The notes below the pieces were generated by a model. The model saw only the letters and a program-made list of their open reading frames with translations. It made no database searches and had not been told where the DNA came from. A program made the translations under genes and the position numbers. DNA of 64,000 nt from Azolla caroliniana. Lineage: Eukaryota > Plantae > Polypodiophyta. The stretch is from contig JBHGNT010000002.1 in assembly GCA_043228905.1 (NCBI GenBank), positions 16,182,001-16,246,000 on the forward strand. Direction: 5' to 3'. Below are positions 1 through 14,408 of the stretch, in pieces (position 1 is the first letter of the stretch; every line of letters starts with the position of its first letter).

Positions 1-159
1 GGCCGGAGAGTAGCATGTCGTCCACGTAAATGATGAGGAAGACGGGAGACCCGTCTTGAGCTGTTTTGGTGAAGAGACACTAGTCCTCATCGCTCTTAGA
101 GAAGCCGACCGACTGGATGAAGTCCTCGAACTTCTTGTACCACTATCGGGGTGCCTGTT

Positions 160-2716
160 TCAGGCCATATAGACTAGATGTTCCTGACCAGATGTCGCAA
201 AGCCTTTCGGCTGCTCCATATAAATTTCCTCTTGTAGGTCACCGTGGAGGAATGCCATTTTTACATCTAGCTGAATCAACTCCAAGTTGTTGGTGGCCAC
301 AATGCCAAGCATGAAACGAAGGGTCATCATTTTCACCACTGGTGAAAAGATTTCTTCAAAGTCGACGCCATATTCTTGTCTAAATCCCTTCGCAACTAAT
401 CTAGCCTTGTACTTTGGGTTGGGCGAGTCAGATGTCTCTTTTAGTCGATAGACCCACTTACATGGAAGAGCACGTCGATTCTTCGGTAATTCGACCAAGT
501 CCCAAGTCTTGTTTGCCCGAATGGAGTGCATTTCCGACTCCATCGCCAAATGCCATGTGGCTGAATCGACATATGCCAATGCTTCTTCGTAAGACGTCGG
601 TTCGCCAGCGTCAGTAAAAACAATTCCGAGAGAGTACCTCTCCGGAGGTTGCGACAGTCTCTCGAATCTGCGAGGTATGACTGGACTAGTCGCACCGGGT
701 GTCGATGTCGGACGGTCGGGAGACGAGCCATTCGGCTGTGCCGAATTGGTGGATTCAGTGCGAGAGTTGTCGGTTATCCATGAAACCGATCTCGTGTTGT
801 GGGTTGGGCCGTCATGAAGGGTTGGCACTTCAAAAAATATTACCCTTCGGACTTCAATAGGCCTTTCGGCCGTTTTATGCATAGCCGACTCATTGAACAC
901 GACGTCCGAACTTTGGACGATTTGTCTGTGCTCGGGATCCCAGAGTTGGTATCTGATCTCGCTGTCGAGTCCGTACCCAAGGAAAACGTATTTCCTTGAT
1001 CTTGGTTCGAGTTTCCGGTGATCATCTTTCGGTATGAGGGCGTATGCCTCGCAACCGAAGATCCTTAGCTTGTCATAATTCGGCTTACTGTCAGTCCATA
1101 TTTCCTGAGGTATTTGAAGTCCTAGAGGTCTACTTGGCGACATATTTATTATGTGTACTTTCGTAAGTAGAGCCTCCGCCCAAAAGCCATCCGACAGTCC
1201 GGACTGTTGGAGCATGGATACTACACATTCTTGAATCGTCCGATTCATGCGTTCAACAATTCCGTTCTGCTCCGGACTATAGGGTGCCGTATATTCACGT
1301 CGAATGTCGCGTTCCTGGCAGAATTTGACAAATTCTTCAGACTTGAATTCTCCTCCATTGTCGCTTCGAAGACATTTCAGTTTCCAACCGGTCTAATTTT
1401 CGACCATTGCAAGCCATTTGGAGAAGATTGAGAAAACCCGATCTTTGGTTCTAATGGGGTAAGCCCACACCTTCCGAGTCGAGTCGTCAATAAAACTGAC
1501 GAAGTACAAAGCACCGCCGAGAGAATGATGTGGCATCGGGCCACAGACGTCGGAGTGGACCAAATCGAGTGGGCTCGATTCTCTTGGTGTTGATGTTGGA
1601 TGTGATGCGGCTACCTGTTTGCCATACTGGCAAAGCTCTCAAAATTGGTGATCCAAGAAGGAGAGCTTGGGGATGTAACCAGCTCTAGATAGGTGCGTTA
1701 TGCCGGCCTTGCTGAGGTGTCCAAGTCGTCCGTGCCATAACGATGGCACGGGGATATCAACCAAAAACAAGTCACCCTCTTTGAGTGTGACATATAGAGG
1801 GTACAAGGAATGTACCTTTGGTCCTTGAGCAAGCAGGAGGTTCCCTTTGTGGAGTGTCCACCCTCCTGATAGGAATTTCGGCTGAAGAGCCAACGTAGTT
1901 GACCTCCTCATGCCATCTACTCTTCTAATCCGCTCTCTGAGCTTTGTCGGTTTTTGCTTTGAGTGCCCGGTAGTCGGCTTTGATGTGTCCCGGTTTCTTG
2001 CAATAGTTGCAGATTCGGTTGTCCCGGTACTTGCTCCAGCTTCGTTGATTGTTCGGTGGTCGGGAAGAACTTCTTCCCCGGTTGTTCGATCAGTCGGTTG
2101 AACCTTGTACTATGTAAGCTTCATCTCCCGAGTCTTTAGCAAAAGACTTTCTCCGAGCTACTTCAGTCAAGATTACGCTCATGATTTCAGAGTACTTAAC
2201 GACAGTCGTTGAAGCATTGCACACAGTTGTAACGAAAATTTCCCATGAAGAGGGGAGGCTACTCATGACTATCATTGCTCTGAGTTCATCCTTGATTGCC
2301 GTCCACTGAGACGAGATTTGGGAGCTTATGCTTTCGTACTCGTTGAGGTGTGCCTGAACCGAATCAAAATCTTTCATCTGCAGATTGTAGAGGCGCCGGA
2401 TCAGATACATCTTCGTCGCGGCAACCTTCTTTTCATAAGTTTCCGACAGTGTTTTCCAAAGTTTGAAAGTTGTCATGCATGATTGCACTATGAAGTACAC
2501 TGACTCCAACAAGTGCATCCGAATCGTGGCACGGACGATTCTGTCCAACTTTAGCCACTTGTTTGCCTTGTATGCTTCTGGAGGATTTTCATTCTCAATC
2601 GGGTCTATCTGACCCTTGACTATGAGATAGTCCTCCATTTGTTCCTTCCAGAAGTTGACGTTCGAACCGTCGCACCTCCTTAGACTCATCTCCGATGAGC
2701 CAGATGTTGATGCCAT
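160..2716 (-). pseudogene. gag-pol of copia A, fragmented
   Basis: ORFs 2090-2716 (gag), 1639-1911 (pre-integrase) and 160-1248 (integrase C-terminus + RT), with frameshifts and deletions. Confidence 0.9.
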
Positions 2717-3383
2717 CTGATTTGGTTTCGGTTGGTAAGACTCGGTTTGGACTTGACTACAAACCTTAGTGAGGTGCAGCCAGTCGGCTCACCCGATATC
2801 ATTCTAGTCGGTTTTGAACCCGAGTCGGTTTGGTTTCGGATACTTGTTGCTGGACTTGCTCAGAGTAACTCTGGTAACTTGAGGGACAGAACCGGTTGGT
2901 CTTCCCGAATATTGCCGATTCAGAGTGAGCCCGGTTAGCTTCCGATTGTATGTTGAATACCAATTACAAGAAACTGATTGTTTAGGCCGATTCTGTTTCG
3001 GATTACTGCAGCGATGAGAGGGACGGATCCAACTGATCCTCCCGAATGTCAATCAGCCGAGTGAAGCATGAAGTGGTTGTTGTCAGGAGACCAATCTGTA
3101 GCAGGTGGTTACAACAAGCGGGTGAATAGCGTCCGGTGACCTATTCAGATGTCGTTTAACCAAATGAAGCACGATTGGGTCGGTTGTTGCAAAGGAGCTC
3201 CCTTCAAGCGGTTACAATCACAGGAACAGAGTACAGCCGGCTGGATTACTCCGATTTGTGATTTAACACAGTGAGATGATAGCTTTTTGTTTTTCTTCTC
3301 CCTTCTCTATGCTTCAAAGGAAACGAAAACAGAATGTTGTGTGGTGTACTATGACGGCCGACAACGGGTTGAAGAACCTCCAA

Positions 3384-3396
3384 CGCTCTGATACCA
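3384..3396 (-). promoter_or_regulatory. PBS (tRNA-iMet) of copia A
   Basis: TGGTATCAGAGCG on the minus strand, 2 nt from the LTR end. Confidence 0.9.
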
Positions 3397-3481
3397 AATG
3401 TTGGGGACAAGGCCGTCAATGCAGAAGTGCAAGCAACATTCATGATGGAGAAGAACCTGTGTATGCGCATGAGCAAGTTAG

Positions 3482-3527
<46 letters not shown>

Positions 3528-3667
3528 GCACAAAGAATCGTTATAACTCAATAGCAACAGTTACAAATGACAACCAACCTTTTGTAAAGGTTACAAAGTC
3601 ACTTTATATACTGACTATCCTAGGGCTACTGCCCTTTATGCTATTTACAGAAATAGCCCAAACTTGG

Positions 3668-3712
3668 TGTAAAGAATCAAGAGATGGATTCTTGTGAAGG
3701 GGAATAGGTGTG

Positions 3713-3762
<50 letters not shown>

Positions 3763-4052
3763 AGGAATACACAATGTAAAAGTATATTGACAAAGGAGAA
3801 AGACACAACATTATACAAGGTGGGAGGAGGGTGCTTTCTGTAGTCACCCTCTCTCTTCATTAACTACAAGCCTCATGGAGCATGGGGAATGTGAAAGCTC
3901 ATAAGTTATGTGTCATAGAATATGATTCTATGACTCATACTAAATGCTAGAATACAAAGTGGTGACATAATGGTGACTCTTGACCGTTGGAGTGTCTCTT
4001 CACTCTCAAGGTGAGTTCACACACTAGACCAAGTTGAGCTTGATTCTCAACA
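3668..4052 (-). repeat. 3' LTR of copia B
   Basis: Direct repeat of 8719-9097; adjacent PPT. Confidence 0.95.
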
Positions 4053-4333
4053 CGCCCCCTCAAGCTCAAGTCAGGTCGGTTTCATACGGTATCCGAAATC
4101 CGCTTCGACTCGCGTCGGCTCGCTTTATGCGGAGTTGCGGAATCCGTGCTCCAGCTTGCGTTGTGTGAAGTCTGTGCTTCGGCTTGCGTCTTTCTTCGCG
4201 GCTTTGCGCGGTAGATCGGCTCTTCGTTGCTTCATTGCATGGTTGCGGAATCCACGCGTTATTGCGTAGTGTCTTTAGTACTCCCCCTCAAGCTTGGCAG
4301 GTCAGGGATCGTCAATCCAAGATCGGTCATGAA

Positions 4334-7300
4334 TTACCATAGCTTGTCGGCTCCTAAGGCTTTAGTGAAGATGTCGGCCGTTTGAAGATTGGTGCAAATG
4401 TGTTGAAGGTCGACATCGCCAGCCAGAACGCGCTCTCGAATGAAGTGATAGTGCACTTTGATGTGCTTTGTCCGCGCGTGGAACACCGGGTTCCGAGCCA
4501 GATAGATACTGCTCATGTTGTCGCAGTAAAGGGAAGTCGGATCCTTGATGGGTACGCCCAGATCCTTCAAAATCCTCTTGAGCCATACGGCTTCACACGC
4601 AGCTACGGCTGCGCCCCTGTATTCCGCCTCCGTACTCGAAAGAGCAACGGTGGGCTACTTCTTGCTACTCGTGGATATTGCTCCGCTACCGAGGGAGAAA
4701 ACAAATCTGGAGGTTGATCTTCTATCGGCTTTGTAGCCGGCCCAATCGGTGTCTGTGTACCCCTCGAGTCGTATTGGCATCGCGGTCTTTTAGAGGATGC
4801 CGCAATCCATTGTGCCGCTCACGTATCGTAGAACTAGCTTAGCGCAATCCCAGTGAGTATCACACGGTGTTTGCATGAATTGACTAAGGAGACCGACCGG
4901 ATAACTAAGATCGGGTCGAGTGATAGTGAGGTAGATTAGACTCCCGATGAGTTGCCGATACTTAGTCGGCTCACACGCTTTGGTGCCGGAGTTCGCATCT
5001 AGTTTGAGATTGCGATCGAGCGGGGTTGCCACGCATTTGCACTCAGCCATCCCGAACTTGTATAACAAGTTGAGGATGTAGTGCCGTTGAGAGATCAAGA
5101 TTCCGGCTGGAGTCTGAATTACCTCGATGCCGAGGAAGTAGTGGAGCTCCTTCATGTCCGTCATCTCGAATTTGTCGGAAAGGAGGGATTTGACCTTAGT
5201 GATTTCGACGAGATGCTCACCTCCAATGACTAGGTCATCCACATATAAGATGATGACGATCAGACTTGCGGAATCGCTTCGTATGTAGAGGGAGTTGACC
5301 GATTTTGACATAGGGAAGCCGATTTGATGAAGATATTGCGTTATCTTCAAATGTCGAGCACGCGGTGCTTGCTTGAGGCCGTAGAGTGGCTTCTTGAGTC
5401 GACATACGGCTTTTCGATGAGTGCTCGAGTTGAAGCCGGGTGGTTGGATCATGTACACCTCCTCTTCTAATTCGCCTTGTAGAAAGGCGTTCTTGACGTC
5501 CATTTGATGGAGGTGCCACCCTTTCGCCGCGGCAATCGCAATTACGGTCCGCATCATCGTCATCTTTGCCACCAGGGCAAAGGTCTCTTCGTAGTCAACG
5601 CCATGTGTCTGAGCATATCCTTTCGCTACGAGTCGAGCTTTGTAGCGGTTTACGGAGCCATCAGCACTATACTTCACCTTGTAGATCCATCTGCATCCAA
5701 TTGCCTTTTTGTGTGATGAGGTGGGAACTAGATCCCACGTCTCGTTCTTCCGTAGTGCCTGCATCTCCTCGTTCATTGCTTCGATCCATCGAGGGTCCTT
5801 GGCGGCTTCCGAAAAGGTTTCCGGCTCCCGTACTGTCGCTACCTTCATCATAAAGGCGTAATGGTACGCCATATAATCATTGTAGCCGAATCGGCTTACG
5901 GGGTTCTTTTCACGAGTGGATCAGCGGAGCTTTTCATTTGCAGAGATGAGGGCTTTCTTGGCTCTGATTGGTACCTCGAAACCAGCCGAACTCACTGTCG
6001 AGTGAGTGAGTCGATTCATCGTCGTTGAAGCGATCGTCTTCCTATGCAACCATTTTCGCCTTGCCTTTGTCCATCTTCGGACTAGGCCGTGATGTGCTTT
6101 GATCGCTCAAAGGCTCTTGTGGCCCGCTCAGTCAGGTCATGATCGGACTTTCTTCGATCATGCACGTAGGGCGATCTTCATCCTCGATCTCTTGTTCAGC
6201 AGATTCCGGGTCGAGCAGAGTCGGAGGCGAAGTTGTCTTTGGTGCGTACCAGGATGCAAACTTGTCAAAAACGACGTCTCGACTTACTCGAGATTTTCGA
6301 GTTGAGGGGTTGTAGCACTTGTACCCATTTTGCTCCAGTGAGTATCCTACGAGGATACATTTCTCCGACTTCGAGTCAAGCTTTTGACGCTTCTCGTCGG
6401 GGATGTGCACGTACGCTATCACGCCGAATATCCGGATGTGCGATAAATCCGGCTTCCTTCTGAAGTATTTTTCGTGCGGAGTGACCTCGTGCACGCCGGA
6501 TGTTGTGCACCGGTTCATTAGGTAGACGGCCATATTTGCAGCTTCGGCCCAATATGACTTGGGCATATGCTTCTCGTTCATCATGGCCCGCGCTACTTCG
6601 AGGATGTGCCGATTTTTGCGCTCGGCTACTCCGTTTTGTTGCGGAGTAGGTCGGCACGTGAATTCTCGCCGAATTCCTTCCTTTCGGTGATACGCCGTGA
6701 AATCGTCGGAGAAGTACTCCTTGCTGCCATCCGATCGAAGGCATCGTACACGTCGGCCCGTGGCTTTCTCGACTTCATTCTTGAATTTTTGGAAGTGTCC
6801 GAACACTTCGCTCTTTTGCCGCATCGGGTAGATCCAAGTGTGCCTCGAGAAGTCGTCAATGAAGAGCACATAATATTGGCATCCGCCGAATGTCGCCGTT
6901 TGAGCCGGACCCCATACATCGGAATGAATTACGTCGAGTACTCCTTTGCTCACGTTCCGCTCCTTCGGAAATAGGTGTCGGTGTTGCTTGCCGAATTGGC
7001 ACGCTTCGCGTACACCTTCAATCTCCTTCTCTTTGAATGTCGGGAGTCCGATTACGACTCCTTTCGATTTCATTGCTGTGGCCGATTCGCTTATGCCATA
7101 GCTCTATGTCGGAGTCGGCTTTCGAGCCTTTCGCGAACATGGTGGATTTCATCTCGTGTGAATCGAGAATGAACATCCGACCCTCTCTTCTTCCGCGTGC
7201 GATGATTCGGCCTTCTTTTTCGATGAAGCACCCTTCTTGATTGAATCATACTTGCATCCCTTGCTCAACCATTTGGCCGACCGAGACCAAATTCTTCGTG

Positions 7301-8559
7301 ATGGTGAGAACATGCAAGACATTTTTAATGTATGTTTGCTTACCTCTTTCGCCGAACGGGACATTGCCGATGTGCCGAATCGGGTGCGTAGTGTCATCTC
7401 CGGTTTCAACATAACCGGGTCGCTCCGGCTCTCGAAGTTCGAGAAACCATTCTTTATGGGATGTCATATGATTTGAGGCTACGGAGTCTACAAACCATAC
7501 GTCCTCCGGATTGAGGGCACTAGTTGAGGTAGAGGCCGACATACAGTTTGCTCTATGTTTCATCATGAACATTCCGCCACGGTCGGAGTTGCGTGCATAC
7601 ATTCCACCACGATCTTCGTAGTCAGAGTTGTTCCCGTACATTCCGCTATACTCTTCGTAGTCGGAATTGTGTGCATAATTCGTGAGTTGTCGGCTTATGG
7701 AAGCCGATTCACGCATCTTCTTTCGGCACTCTTCTTCGTGGTGGCCGAGCTTTCCGCAATATCCGCATTCGGTTGCATTTTGACGGCTCGGGCCGAAGTG
7801 GAAGCTCCCCCTTCTTGCGAAGGTTCCTCGTTGGCCTCCGTTTTGCGTTCGAAATTGGGAGTTGTTGTCGTAGGTCGAACCTCGTCCGTCGTGTCCTTGA
7901 CCGAATTGGCCTCTCGCTCGTCCGCGTCCTCTTCCTCCATTAGAGTGCGTGTAGAGCATGTGGCCTTCCGACTCATTGCTCCTCGTACGCACGTGGTTTT
8001 CTTCGACCAATAGCATTGATTGGAGCTCGAAAAAGGAGGGAGATTTCTCTCATGCTAGAACGGCGGTTCGCATCGCGCCGAACCGTGGTGCGAGGCCGCC
8101 GAGGCATATTTGCACCATTTCATCATCATCTATACTTACGCTTATTGAGCCGAGCGAGTCGCAAAGCTCCTTGATCTTCAAGGTGTATGTCGTGATGGAC
8201 ATGTCCCTTTGTTGAATGTTGTTCAACTCTTGGTGGAGTTGAAGCTTCCTCGCGGTCGTGTTGGCGGCGAAAATCTTTCGTAGATTTTCCCACGCTTCCT
8301 TCGGCGTCTTGGCTTCTCGAAAGTAACCGAGCATGTGGTCGTGAACACATGTCGCCAAACAATACATCACACGGCTTGCGGCTTGCTCCCATGTCGCGTA
8401 TCCGGGAGCCGCTTCGGCGGGTCGGTCTTCATGCGCTCCTTTGATGTAGCTCCAATAGCCTTGTCCGACAAGGTATTGGTGCATGTTGTGCTCCCAAGAT
8501 GCGAAGTTGTTTCGATCCAACTTCTCGGTAGGGAGAGCGCTCCCCATTTGAGTATTCAT
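4334..8559 (-). pseudogene. gag-pol of copia B
   Basis: gag 8050-8559; zinc knuckle CGYCGKLGHHEEEC and protease WFVDS (7246-8016); integrase 6132-7073; RT with YVDD (4790-5872); RNase H 4334-4570. Broken by stops and frameshifts. Confidence 0.95.
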
Positions 8560-8718
8560 TATGTCAATTCTTCTTCTTCTTCTTCTCTCTTCGAATGCGA
8601 GCTATGTAGCGACGCTACGATAGCTATGAGCCGGTTCTTGGTCGTCGGCGTAGAGCACAACACACGATCACAATGAGGCGAATGGGCTAGATCGAGCTAC
8701 CAAATCACTCTGATACCA

Positions 8719-8766
8719 TGTAAAGAATCAGGAGATGGATTCTTGTGAAGCGGAATAGGTGTGAAC

Positions 8767-8802
<36 letters not shown>

Positions 8803-9097
8803 AGACAAGGAATACGCAATGTAAAAGTATATTGACAAAGGAGAAAGACACAACATTATACAAGGTGGGAGGAGGGTGCTTTCTGTAGTCACCCTCTCTC
8901 TTCATTAACTACAAGCCTCATGGAGCATGGGGAATGTGAAAGCTCATAAGTTATGTGTCATAGAATATGATTCTATGACTCATACTAAATGCTAGAATAC
9001 AAAGTGGTGACATAATGGTGACTCTTGACCGTTGGAGTGTCTCTTCACTCTCAAGGTGAGTTCACACACTAGACCAAGTTGAGCTTGATTCTCAACA
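8719..9097 (-). repeat. 5' LTR of copia B
   Basis: Direct repeat of 3668-4052; PBS TGGTATCAGAGTG immediately adjacent. Confidence 0.95.
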
Positions 9098-9153
9098 CTT
9101 GGGATGTCCAAAGGGACAATGTGAATACGGCCATTATACACTCGTATTCGACA

Positions 9154-12100
9154 AGTACCTCTCGCCGATGAGGTACTTGCTCTACTCCTGCTCGGCTCCC
9201 TCCTGGATAGCTGGGAGATGTTAGTTGTCACGTTGGGCAACACCGGGCCAGAAGGAAAACAACTATCCCTAGCAAGAGTCAAGTCAAGTTTGCTAGATGA
9301 GGAGGCGCGTCGGAAAAACAAGGAGGTGATCTCCGATGCCAAAGCCCTCCTTACCGAATCGGAACGAGGAAGACAAAGGAATCGGAGTCCCCAAAACCGG
9401 GAAAAGTCGGGGACACGGTCAAAGTCAAGGAGGAGGCCCACTTGCTTCTATTGCGGCAAGTCGGGGCACTTCAAGAAGAACTATCGGCAGTTCTGGAAAG
9501 ACAAGGGAACCGACAGTACCGATTAGAAGAAGTCACCGAACCGAAATAGTCTGGATCGGCGAGGCCCGGACCGGAAGGGAACAACGGTGACCGCGACAAG
9601 TGAAGAAGAACTAATACTCATTACCGAAGAGAATGAGTTAAACCTTGTCGGCGACGAAACAACGTGGGTTGTCGATTCCGGAGTGTCGTTCCACCTTACC
9701 CCAGAACGGAAATGCTTCTTATCCTACATAGCCAGTGAGCACGGCTGTGTCCAGATGGGGAATGAAGGTACATGCCGAATTGTCGACATAGGGCACGTGT
9801 GGTTGACGACACCAACCAGATGCAAGTTGTTGTTGAAGGATGTCCGACACATTCCGGAGGTTCGACTAAACCTAATATCAGTCGGTTAGCTAGATGATGA
9901 AGGCTACACCGGTAGCATCCAGAATGGAGTCATGAAGTTCAGCAAGGGAAGCCTAATAGTGGCTCGGGCCCGGAAAGTCAACACATTGTACCTGATTAAC
10001 ACGCGGTTATGCTGAGAAGAAGAAGTGAATGTTGCTTCTGACGCTACTGGTGAGCTGTGGCACAAGAGATTGTGTCACATAAGCGAGAAGGGGATGAGAA
10101 GGTTTGTCGAAGATAATCTCATTCCGGTGAAGGACGTGCATCTTGAGAAGTACACCGACTGCCTGGCCGATAAGCAAAACCGAACCTCCTTCCGATCAAG
10201 ACCACCGATGAGACGGAATGCACTACTGGAGCTGGTGCATACCGATGTGTGTCAAGTGAACACGAAGTCACATGCCGGATCGCAATACTTCGTGACGTTC
10301 ATAGATGACCACAGCCAGAAGTTGTGGGTCTCACCATTGAAGACGAAGGATCAGGTGCTATCCGTCTTCAAGGAGCTCCATGCGAGAGTCGAAAGAGAAA
10401 CCGGTCAAAAGCTGAAGGCGGTTCGAGCAGATAACGGAGGAGAATACCTGGGGCAATTCGAGGAGTACTGTCGGTCGAAGGGAATATGGCTCGAATTCAC
10501 CGTCCTAAAGATGCCAAAACTAAACGGGTTGGCTGAAAGAATGAACCGAACCATAATGGAGAGAGTCTGGAGCATGCTCGCATATGCCAAGTTACCCAAG
10601 ACGTTTTGGGTTGAGGCACTGACGACGGCGACCTATGTGATAAACAGATCACCCTCAGTACCCTTGGGAGGAGACTCACCTCAAAAGGTATGGACCGGCA
10701 AAGATGTATCTTACCGGCATCTGAAGGTGTTCGGGTGTCTCACATACGTGCATGTGGCGAAGGACAAGAGAGCAAAGCTGGATCCGGAGTCCCGGCCATG
10801 CATATTCCTTGGATACGGCGACGATGAGTTCAGTTACCGGGTGTGGGATCTAGTCGACCAGAAGGTGTTCCGGAGTTGGGACATAGTCTTCATGGAAAAC
10901 AGGACCATTTCCGACTGGGAGTCGGAGAAGAAGATGACCAACTCCGGATCATCCAATGAAACCCGGCCTGAGGACCCAAGAACCTAGCCGATTGAAAGCC
11001 GGATGTTAGCCGGAAACCGGATAACACTCGACGAACTGGCCGGATACAGACAGGAAACCGAACCAACCAAAGAAGAAGAAGAAGACACTAGAACCAAACA
11101 AGATCCCGAATCGAATGAGGATGAGGAACAAAAGGAGGAACCGGTAGTCAGAAACCAGGGACGGAGATATCCTCTCCGAGAAAGAAGAGCCCCTCGGAGA
11201 TTTTTGGATGTAGAGCATGTGTTGCTAACCAATGAGGGGGAGCTGGAAATCTTTGAAGAAGCAAGGGGAGACATCCACATGTGCAAGTGGTTGAGGGCCA
11301 TGCAGGACGAGATGGATTCCTTGCATGAGAACCACACATAAGAATGGGTGGAGTTGCCGAAAGGAAAGAGGGCACTCCGGAACAAGTGGGTGTACAAGTT
11401 GAAACCGGGAGACACCAGAAATCTACCAAGGTATAAGGCCTGAATCGTAGTGAATGGCTTCTAGCAGAAGATAGGAGTGGACCAGACGGCATTCCTACAC
11501 GGAGACCTCGAAGAAGAGATCTACATGCATCAACCGGAAGGATTTGAGACGAAAGGGAAGGAACAGCTGGTGTGCCGGTGGAAGAAGAGCCTATACGGAT
11601 AGAAGCAAGCTCCCCGGAAATGGTACTGGAAGTTTGACTCCTTCATGACCGATCAAGGGTACCACAATACATAGGCCGATCATTGCGTATTTGTGAAGAA
11701 ATTTGATGGAGGAGATTTCCTGATATTGCTCTTGTATGTGGGCGACATGTTGATCGTCGGACGAGACCAAGTCAAGATACGGATGCTAAAGAAGGCCCTT
11801 AACCGGACCTTCTCAATGAAAGATTCGGGTCTGGCAAGATAGATACTAGGGATGCACATTATTTGGGACCGGTTGAAGAAGCAATTGTGGTTGTCACAAG
11901 AAAAGTACGTGACAAAGGTGCTTCAACGGTTCAACATGTCAGATGCGAAACCAGTCAGATCGACACTTCCGGCAAACTGCAAGCTATCCGGAAAGCAGAG
12001 CCTGAGAACAAAGGTGGAGAAGGGGAATATGATGAAGATACCATATGCCTCTGTCGTCGGGAGCTTGATGTATGCAATGGTGTGTACCCGGCCGGATATC

Positions 12101-13273
12101 AGATATGCAGTCGGAGTGGTGAGCTAGTTCATGAGCAATCCCGGAAGAGAGCATTGGAACGCAGTCAAGTGGATACTCTGGTATTTGAAAGGCACCTCGA
12201 GCATGTGCCTCCGATTCGGCTCCGGTAATCCCCAACTTGATGGATTCACGAATTCGGATATATCGGTTGATGTGGATACCAGCCGGTCAACATCCGGATA
12301 TGTCATGACCTATGCAGGGGGAGTTGTTTCCTGGCAGTCAAGGCTGCAGAAGACGCTTGCATTGTCAACCATGGAAGCGGAGTACATGGCAGTTGTGGAA
12401 GCCGGCAAGGAAATAATCTGGATGGACTTCATTGGTGAGCTAGGGATCCGACAGGAGGAATACCGGCTCTATTGCGACAGTCAGAGTGCCATCCACCTTG
12501 CAAAGAACACGGCCTACCATTCCCAGATGAAACATATCTAGCGGAGGTACCACTGGATCCGAGAAAGAGTAGAAGATCAAGAGTTCGTGCTGACGAAGAT
12601 CCACATGGAGGAGAACGGATCAGATATGTTGACCAAGGTGCTGACGACCGACAAGTTGGACACGTGCCGAAAGCGGATCAGGCTGACGAGATATCCCATG
12701 TCGTAGTGAAGGGGGAGATTGTTGGGAAATCGGTCTCTCTGGATGGGATCCGGTGATGAATAAAGAGGACCCCGTGAGAACCGGGAGAGATCCGGAGTTT
12801 GGAGGAGACCCGGTGAGAACCGGAAGAGAAAACATATCTGTAAATATGTTTTGAGTAAGCCTATTGAGGCTATATTTGTAAATAGCCCTAAGTTCATATA
12901 AGTATAAATATGACTTGGGGCAATCACCTTAATATAGTAGTGTGTAGTTCATTGTTGTTGTAACTATTGTACAAAAGAGAGAGCGACAGAGAGAGAGGGA
13001 GTGAGATACAGAGCGATACTCTGTTGTAACCACCGGTTGGTGAAGAAACCGAGCTCGAGGTCGTAGCCTACGAGTCTTTGATTGTACCCCTTCTCTTCAT
13101 AGTGATAGTTCAGAGTCTGTGGGCTCCCGCGGTTTTTCCCATTTAGGGTTTTCCACGTAAACATCTTGTGTACTCTCTTGTGTGTACGTCTATTCCCATT
13201 CCTGTGTTGCACTCTTCTCGAAGTGATTCAAGACTCGGTTGTGGCCGAGTAGTATTCCGCGCCATTCCTCACA
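9154..13273 (+). mobile_element. Ty1/copia element C (5' part outside the window; A inserted in its gag)
   Basis: gag resumes at VPLADEVL; knuckle CFYCGKSGH; protease WVVDSG; integrase 10025-10987; RT/RNase H to ~12706; PPT GAAGGGGGAGA; 3' LTR ~12720-13273. Confidence 0.9.
12720..13273 (+). repeat. 3' LTR of copia C
   Basis: TGTTGGGA start after the PPT; similar to the J/F family LTRs; right end (…CCTCACA) approximate. Confidence 0.75.
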
Positions 13274-13399
13274 GTAATCTCCAACACTTAACTAACATTG
13301 TACTATTCACATATGTTTGTACATATCACTTAATTTTGTGTGCATCCGTGCACACACCCATTCACGCACATCTAGCTCCATCTCTCTCTATGGCTGGAA

Positions 13400-14408
13400 T
13401 CCATCACGACAGTGTTCTTCGCGAGGTGGATGCAATTTGACTGTCACGGTGGAGCCAGAATTCCTTATGCCGGATCCCTAGCTCTCCGATGAAGTCCTTC
13501 ATGGCTTCTAGAGCCGCATGTACTCTGTTTCCGTTGTCGATAGTACAACGGACTTGTGGAGCCAGAATTCTTCATGCCGAATCCCTAGGTCTTCGATGAA
13601 GTCCTTCATCCAGATTACCTCTTTATCAGCTTCTAGAACCGCATGTACTCTCTTCTTTCATTGTCGATAGTGTGACAGACTTCTGCAACTTCGACTATCA
13701 TGATACAACTCCCCCTGCATAAGTCATGACATATCTGGATGTAGACCGGCTGGTATCTGCATCAGCCGACATATCTGAATCCATGAATCCTTCAAGTTGG
13801 GAATTCCCTGAGCCGAATCGGAGGCACATTCTCGAGGTGCCTTTCAAGTACTGGAGTATCCACTTGACCGCGGTCCAGTGTTCTCTTCCCAGATTGCTCA
13901 TGAATCGGCTGACCACTCCAACTACATATCTGATATCCGGTCTGGTACACTCCATTGCGTACATCAAGCTTCCGATGGCAGAGGCATACTAGGGTATCTT
14001 CATCATCCCCGACTTCTCTGCCTTTATCTTCAAGCTTTGTTTCCCAAACAGTTTGCAGTTTTCCGGAAATGTCGACCCGACCGGTTTCGCATTCAACATG
14101 CGGAAACTTTGAAACACCTTTGTCACGTACTTTTCCTGTGACAGCCACAATTGCTTCTTCGACCGGTCCCGGATTATGTGCATCCCCAAAATCTGTCTCG
14201 CCGAACCCATATCTTTCATTGCGAATGACCGGTTCAAGGCCTTCTTCAGCATTCCGATTTTGATACGGTCTCGTCCGACGATCATCATGTCGTCCACATA
14301 CAGTAGTAGTATTAGGAAGTCTCCTCCGTCGAACTTCTTCACAAATACGCAGTGGTCTGCCTACATCTTGTGGTATCCTTGGTCGTTCATGAAGGAGTCG
14401 AATTCCGG
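13400..14408 (-). mobile_element. Copia RT/RNase H fragment M (C/J-related)
   Basis: LLLYVDDM, CTRPDI and STSRYVMT motifs; ~110-bp internal tandem duplication near 13450-13680; cut at 14408 by gypsy D. Confidence 0.85.

Larger units (their letters stand above)
3668..9097 (-). mobile_element. Full-length Ty1/copia element B inserted in the 5' LTR of A
   Basis: TG..CA LTRs at 3668-4052 and 8719-9097, nearly identical apart from microsatellite length and a few substitutions. TSD CTTGG (3663-3667, 9098-9102). PBS at 8706-8718, PPT at 4053-4066. Confidence 0.97.
1..9153 (-). mobile_element. Ty1/copia LTR retrotransposon A (decayed; 3' part lies before the window; 5' LTR split by element B)
   Basis: Minus-strand gag (2090-2716), GAG-pre-integrase (LWHGRLGH), integrase and RT (YKARLVAKG, QLDVKMAFLHG). 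tRNA-iMet PBS at 3384-3396. 5' LTR = 3399-3667 plus 9103-9153. Followed by AGTAC and resumption of element C gag. Confidence 0.9.
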